Assembly (NCBI GenBank): GCA_030390025.1
Contig: CM059432.1
Location: 27,468,001-27,532,000 of the forward strand
DNA length: 64,000 nucleotides
Source of the DNA: Squalus acanthias
Lineage: Eukaryota
Direction of reading: 5' to 3'
This document shows, piece by piece, positions 59,702-64,000 of this stretch; within the stretch, counting starts at the first letter, position 1; the number at the start of each line of letters is the position of its first letter. The notes under the pieces are model-generated. The model had not been told where the DNA came from and made no database searches. It saw only the letters and a list, made by a program, of their open reading frames with translations. The translations under genes were made by a program, and so were the position numbers.

Positions 59702-62700
59702 CTAAAAAACAAACAAACAATGTAACTTTAAAATCACCGGGACTCTTACTTGTATCTAGACCACATACTATTACTCAATGCCACGGCAACTTTCCACAGC
59801 ACTAGCCATCATAAGGTAGCTGGCCATTTGTCAGCCACAGCCAGCCAGCTTTGGCAGAAATTATAGGCTGGGAGACATTACAAGTGAGCCGCCACAGCCA
59901 AGCCTCATCCCAACTTCACGCAATATCTGCACTTGTCAGGAAGCATCTTTCAATAATAAGTGGGAGGAGGAATCCTGGTCAGTTCCCCCCCCCCCCTCCC
60001 CCCCCTCCTCCCCTCTTCAGCCCATGGGCACTGAAGCTCAGTTGTAGTTTCCCTATTACCACCCAATAAATCAGCGAGTTCAACACACCTCGGGGTAAAA
60101 TGTGGAACATACACAGACCGTTTGGCTCAGCTCATTAAGTAATGTATTTATCAACTGACCCAGACCGTGTACTCCATTGCACAATGACAAGATATTGCAG
60201 TTATTCAGCTCAGTGAAGCCGAGTCGTTATAAAGCCATATTCTTCCAATGGCTCGGTCAATTCAGCTCCCTGGCTATCTTCAGATATGATTGCTCTCCTT
60301 TCTCCACCTCCCTCCCCCCCCCCTCCCATTTCTACTCCGAGGCGTCCCCGGCCCCCAATTTTCAACTACTAGCCGCCCATCTTGCAGGCAAGAAGCAGGC
60401 GCTTGACAGTTGAAAATCATCCCCGGGGCCTCGAATTTCCTCTCGGATGTCGTTTATTTGTGCCCCTGTCTGAGGGATACCCACCTCAGGTGGGGTTGAA
60501 ACTTGCAGTGGGCACCTTGCCAGTGTAAATGGGCTGGCTATGCTGCTAAAGTAATTTCAAAAAGTGTCCCATTTTCAAATAGATCACTGCAAGGGTGCAC
60601 TCTGCAATCAATTGACCACCGTTTTAAATTTTAAATGCTCCGGTTATCTTTAGCATTGCTGGATTCCAGGGACTCGCCGGTACAAATGGCAAGAAATTGA
60701 CATCATATTTCCTTTATTCGCATGGCATCGTAATAAAACAATAGCCACCTACCCCCACTTGCAGATGGGTAGAAAAAGGGCCAGAGATCTGGCATAACCA
60801 GGTTCCAGCCCAATTTCCACCCTTGCCCACCCAGATTATTATTATTATTATTATTTTTTAAAACGCTGATTTACTGGAGAAAATTCTGAGTCAGAGGATT
60901 AGGGCTGGTGGGAGGAGGGGAAAGCAGAGAAAAGTGACAAGTTAAAAAAAGAATTTAATAAGTGAAGTGAAAAGTAAACTGCATCTGCCAACAGGTACAC
61001 AGCTAGGGGTGAATGCTAACATTTATCGCCAAGTGAAGAATGGACGATAGCGAGGCAGTAGCTTGTTTTATGTCTCAAGCCGATTTTATTTTCCATCAAT
61101 GGGAAAGAAATTCGGGCGAGGTGTAAAACGGGCGGCCAATTCACCATCACCCATTTGATTAAAGTAAAATCACCCCCATCTAGTCAGAGTTACCCGGGAA
61201 GTCACATACTCAGCAGAAATATGTGCTAATGGTTAAAGTTAAACCATTCCCCGGAGTACAATGATATTAATTAACACCTGTATACCAAGTCAGACCTGAG
61301 CTCAGGCCGTACAAGATTCTTAGTTAGCAGGTACTTTACACAAGTTCACATACTCCAGAATGAAAGGTTTTCAGACAGCTATAGCATGCGACAAGTAGTT
61401 TACATTTGCTTTAAATTAAAAAGATTATAAACATCTGTCAAGGAGACATTGAGATAGGTTCAGCGTTTACAATTCCCACGCTGTTGGTTTCTAAGTAGCT
61501 AGATAGAGAGAAATGATTTCATCTGGTGGAGGAGTCCAGAACAAGGGGGGCATAACCTTAAAATTAAAGCTAGGCTGGTCAGGGTTCGTTAATGTCAGAA
61601 AGCACTTCTTTAGGGTAGTGGAAATCTGGAACTCTCTCCCCCCAAGGACTGTTGAGGCTGCGTCAATTGAATAATTCAAAACTGAGATTGATAGATTTTG
61701 TGTTAGGTAAGGGTATTAAGGGTTATGGAACCAAGGCAGATAGATGAAGTTAAGATACAGATCAGCTATGATTTAATTGAACAGCAGAACAAGCTCGATG
61801 GGCTGAATGGCCATCCTATGAACTGTACAGACCAGGAGGGTTCCAAGTTCACTCCCCTAGTCTGTGCTGAGTTACCCGATCGCTGCTTTGGGGTGGAATG
61901 GTGTGGAGAAAAGCAATAGGGGTGCTAAAACTGCCAATTGACATTCACTATTTGGGCTTAAATCTGGGCGGACACTTCAATGCAATACTGAGGGAGTACT
62001 GCACTGTTGGAGGTGCCGTTTTTCAGAAGAGATGTTAAACCGAGGCCCCGTCTGCACTCTCAGGTAAAAGATCCCACGGCACTAATTCGGAGTTCTCCCC
62101 GATGTCCTGGCCAATACTTATCCCTCAACCAACATCATTAAAACAGTACAATAAAAGCAAAATACTGCAGATGCTGGAGATCTGAAATAAAAACAAAAAA
62201 TGCTGGAAATGCTCAGCAGGTCAGGCACTATCCGTGGAGAGATAACATTTATATTGCCGAGGCCATCTCTCATGTGTTTCTCTCTCCACAGATGCGGCCT
62301 GACCTGCTGAGTATTTCCAGTATTTCCTGTTTTTAGATCACTAAAACAGATGATCTCATTACTGTTTGTGGGACCTTGCTGTGCGAAAATAAGCTGCCAC
62401 GTTTCCTACATTGCAACAGATTTGATGGGCCAATTGGCCTCCTTCTGACCTGTACTATTCTATGATTCTATGAGTACACTTTAAAAGTTACTTCATTGGC
62501 TGTAAAGTAAGTGCTTTGGGGCGCCGAGGTCATGAAAGGCGCGCAAGTTCTTTCTTCTTATACAACACACATGGGCAAGGCAGCAGAGGGAACCCATGAC
62601 AGTGGAACCACATCCCAGCACCTTCAGGGAAGGAGACAACAAAATTTGGGTGCTCACTGTTTTAAATGTTAAAAGGGCACCAGGGAGTACATAGGGTTAT

Positions 62701-63049
62701 GACACTGTAGCCCTGATTCACCAACCAATGTTTGCTGTGAGTACAGCGCCCCACTGGAGAGCAGGGTCCAACCTCCGAAAATTTAACGATGTTCTGTTCT
62801 GGCGGTTTGATACAATGGCCGTCAAAATCCTGGAACTCCCTACTCAACAGCACTTTCACCACACAGACTGCAGCAGTTCAAGGCGGCGGCTCACCACTAA
62901 CTTCTCAAGGGCAACTGGGGATGGACAATAAATGCTGGCCTTGCCAGCGATGCCCACATCCCAAGAATTAATAAAAAGATGCTGGCCTGTGGACAGAAAA
63001 GAAGTGGTTGTGCGATGCATTAGCCCACTCGAGATGGCAATATAAATGC

Positions 63050-63510
63050 ATAGGAATAGGAGTAGACTATTCAGCCCCTTGAGCCTGCTCTGCCACTCAA
63101 TTAGATCATGGCTGATCGGTACCTCAACTTCAGTTATCTGCCTTTGATCCATATCCCTTGATCCTGTTTCTTTAACAAAAATCAATCTATCTCAGCCTTG
63201 AAAGCTCCAATTGATCCAGCATCCACAGGCTTTTGAAGGGGGGCTAGGAGAAAGAGTTTCAATTGCAGATTTCAACTACCCCTTGTGTGTGAAAAAATGC
63301 TTCTCGATTTCACTCCTGAATGGCTTGGCTCTAATTTTAAGATTATGTACCCCAGTTATCGACTACCTATATTATTTAAAACACCTCAATCAGATCATTC
63401 CTCAATCTTCTATACTCAAGGGAATACAAGCCGAGCTTATGCAACCTGTCCTCATAATTTAACCCTTTTAGCCCCGGTATCATTCTGGTGAATCTGCGCT
63501 GCACCCCCTC
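63050..63510 (-). mobile_element. CR1 3' fragment (similar fragments at about 38.0-38.35, 54.4-54.7, 56.56-57.08 and 61.5-61.8 kb)
   Basis: Similar to the C-terminus and 3' UTR of the intact CR1 at 47.1-47.65 kb. Confidence 0.7.
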
Positions 63511-64000
63511 CGTGGAGAATGTGTGTGCAGCCTACTCCTAATTCAAATGATCTGATATTCAACATTTTTTGGTGTAAATTCCCACTTTGCTTAATTCGAA
63601 TCACTGGATAATGTTATTTTATTTAGCATAAATAAACAACATGGAATCAGGAGTAGATGTACTATAAATGTAGCTAGATCACATTTTAGTACACCACAGA
63701 ACTTTACTAAACAAAGCAGCCAGCCACCACCATCATCATCCTTACTCTTAATAACCAACCCGAGAGATTACAGGGTGATGCAATCAAAGTATTTAAAATT
63801 ATGAAAGAACGAGACAGATTAGCTAGAAGTAGACTGCTTTCAGTAGTTGAGGGGTCAAGAACGAGGGGCTATAGATCGAAGATTAAAGGGAAAAGATTAA
63901 ATGGAAGAGATTTAGAACAGGGGGCAAGAGTTTTTTGTATTAGTTCCTGGGATGTGGGCGTCGCTGGCAAGGCCAACATTTATTGTCCATCCCTAATTGC

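Overview
This is eukaryotic, repeat-dense vertebrate DNA. The repeat families (CR1, L2-like, Penelope-derived and tRNA-SINE elements, Harbinger) suggest a cartilaginous fish such as a shark; this is inferred, not searched. The only confidently identified host gene is foxh1, whose last coding exon lies at 58628-59701 on the minus strand. The remainder holds a degenerate endogenous retrovirus region (1-~8700: fused gag/protease remnant, nested solo LTR, broken gamma-type env, and an LTR flanked by both a PPT and a tRNA-Gln PBS), a two-gene Harbinger transposon with related MITEs, an intact CR1 ORF2 (955 aa), many LINE/SINE fragments, two minisatellites, and Penelope-derived insertions carrying minimal hammerhead ribozyme motifs, several as palindromes with target-site duplications. 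A chain of small phase-compatible minus-strand exons (about 40.8 kb to 18.7 kb) may encode an unannotated small protein. There is no CRISPR array and no prokaryotic system. All coordinates were read by eye.
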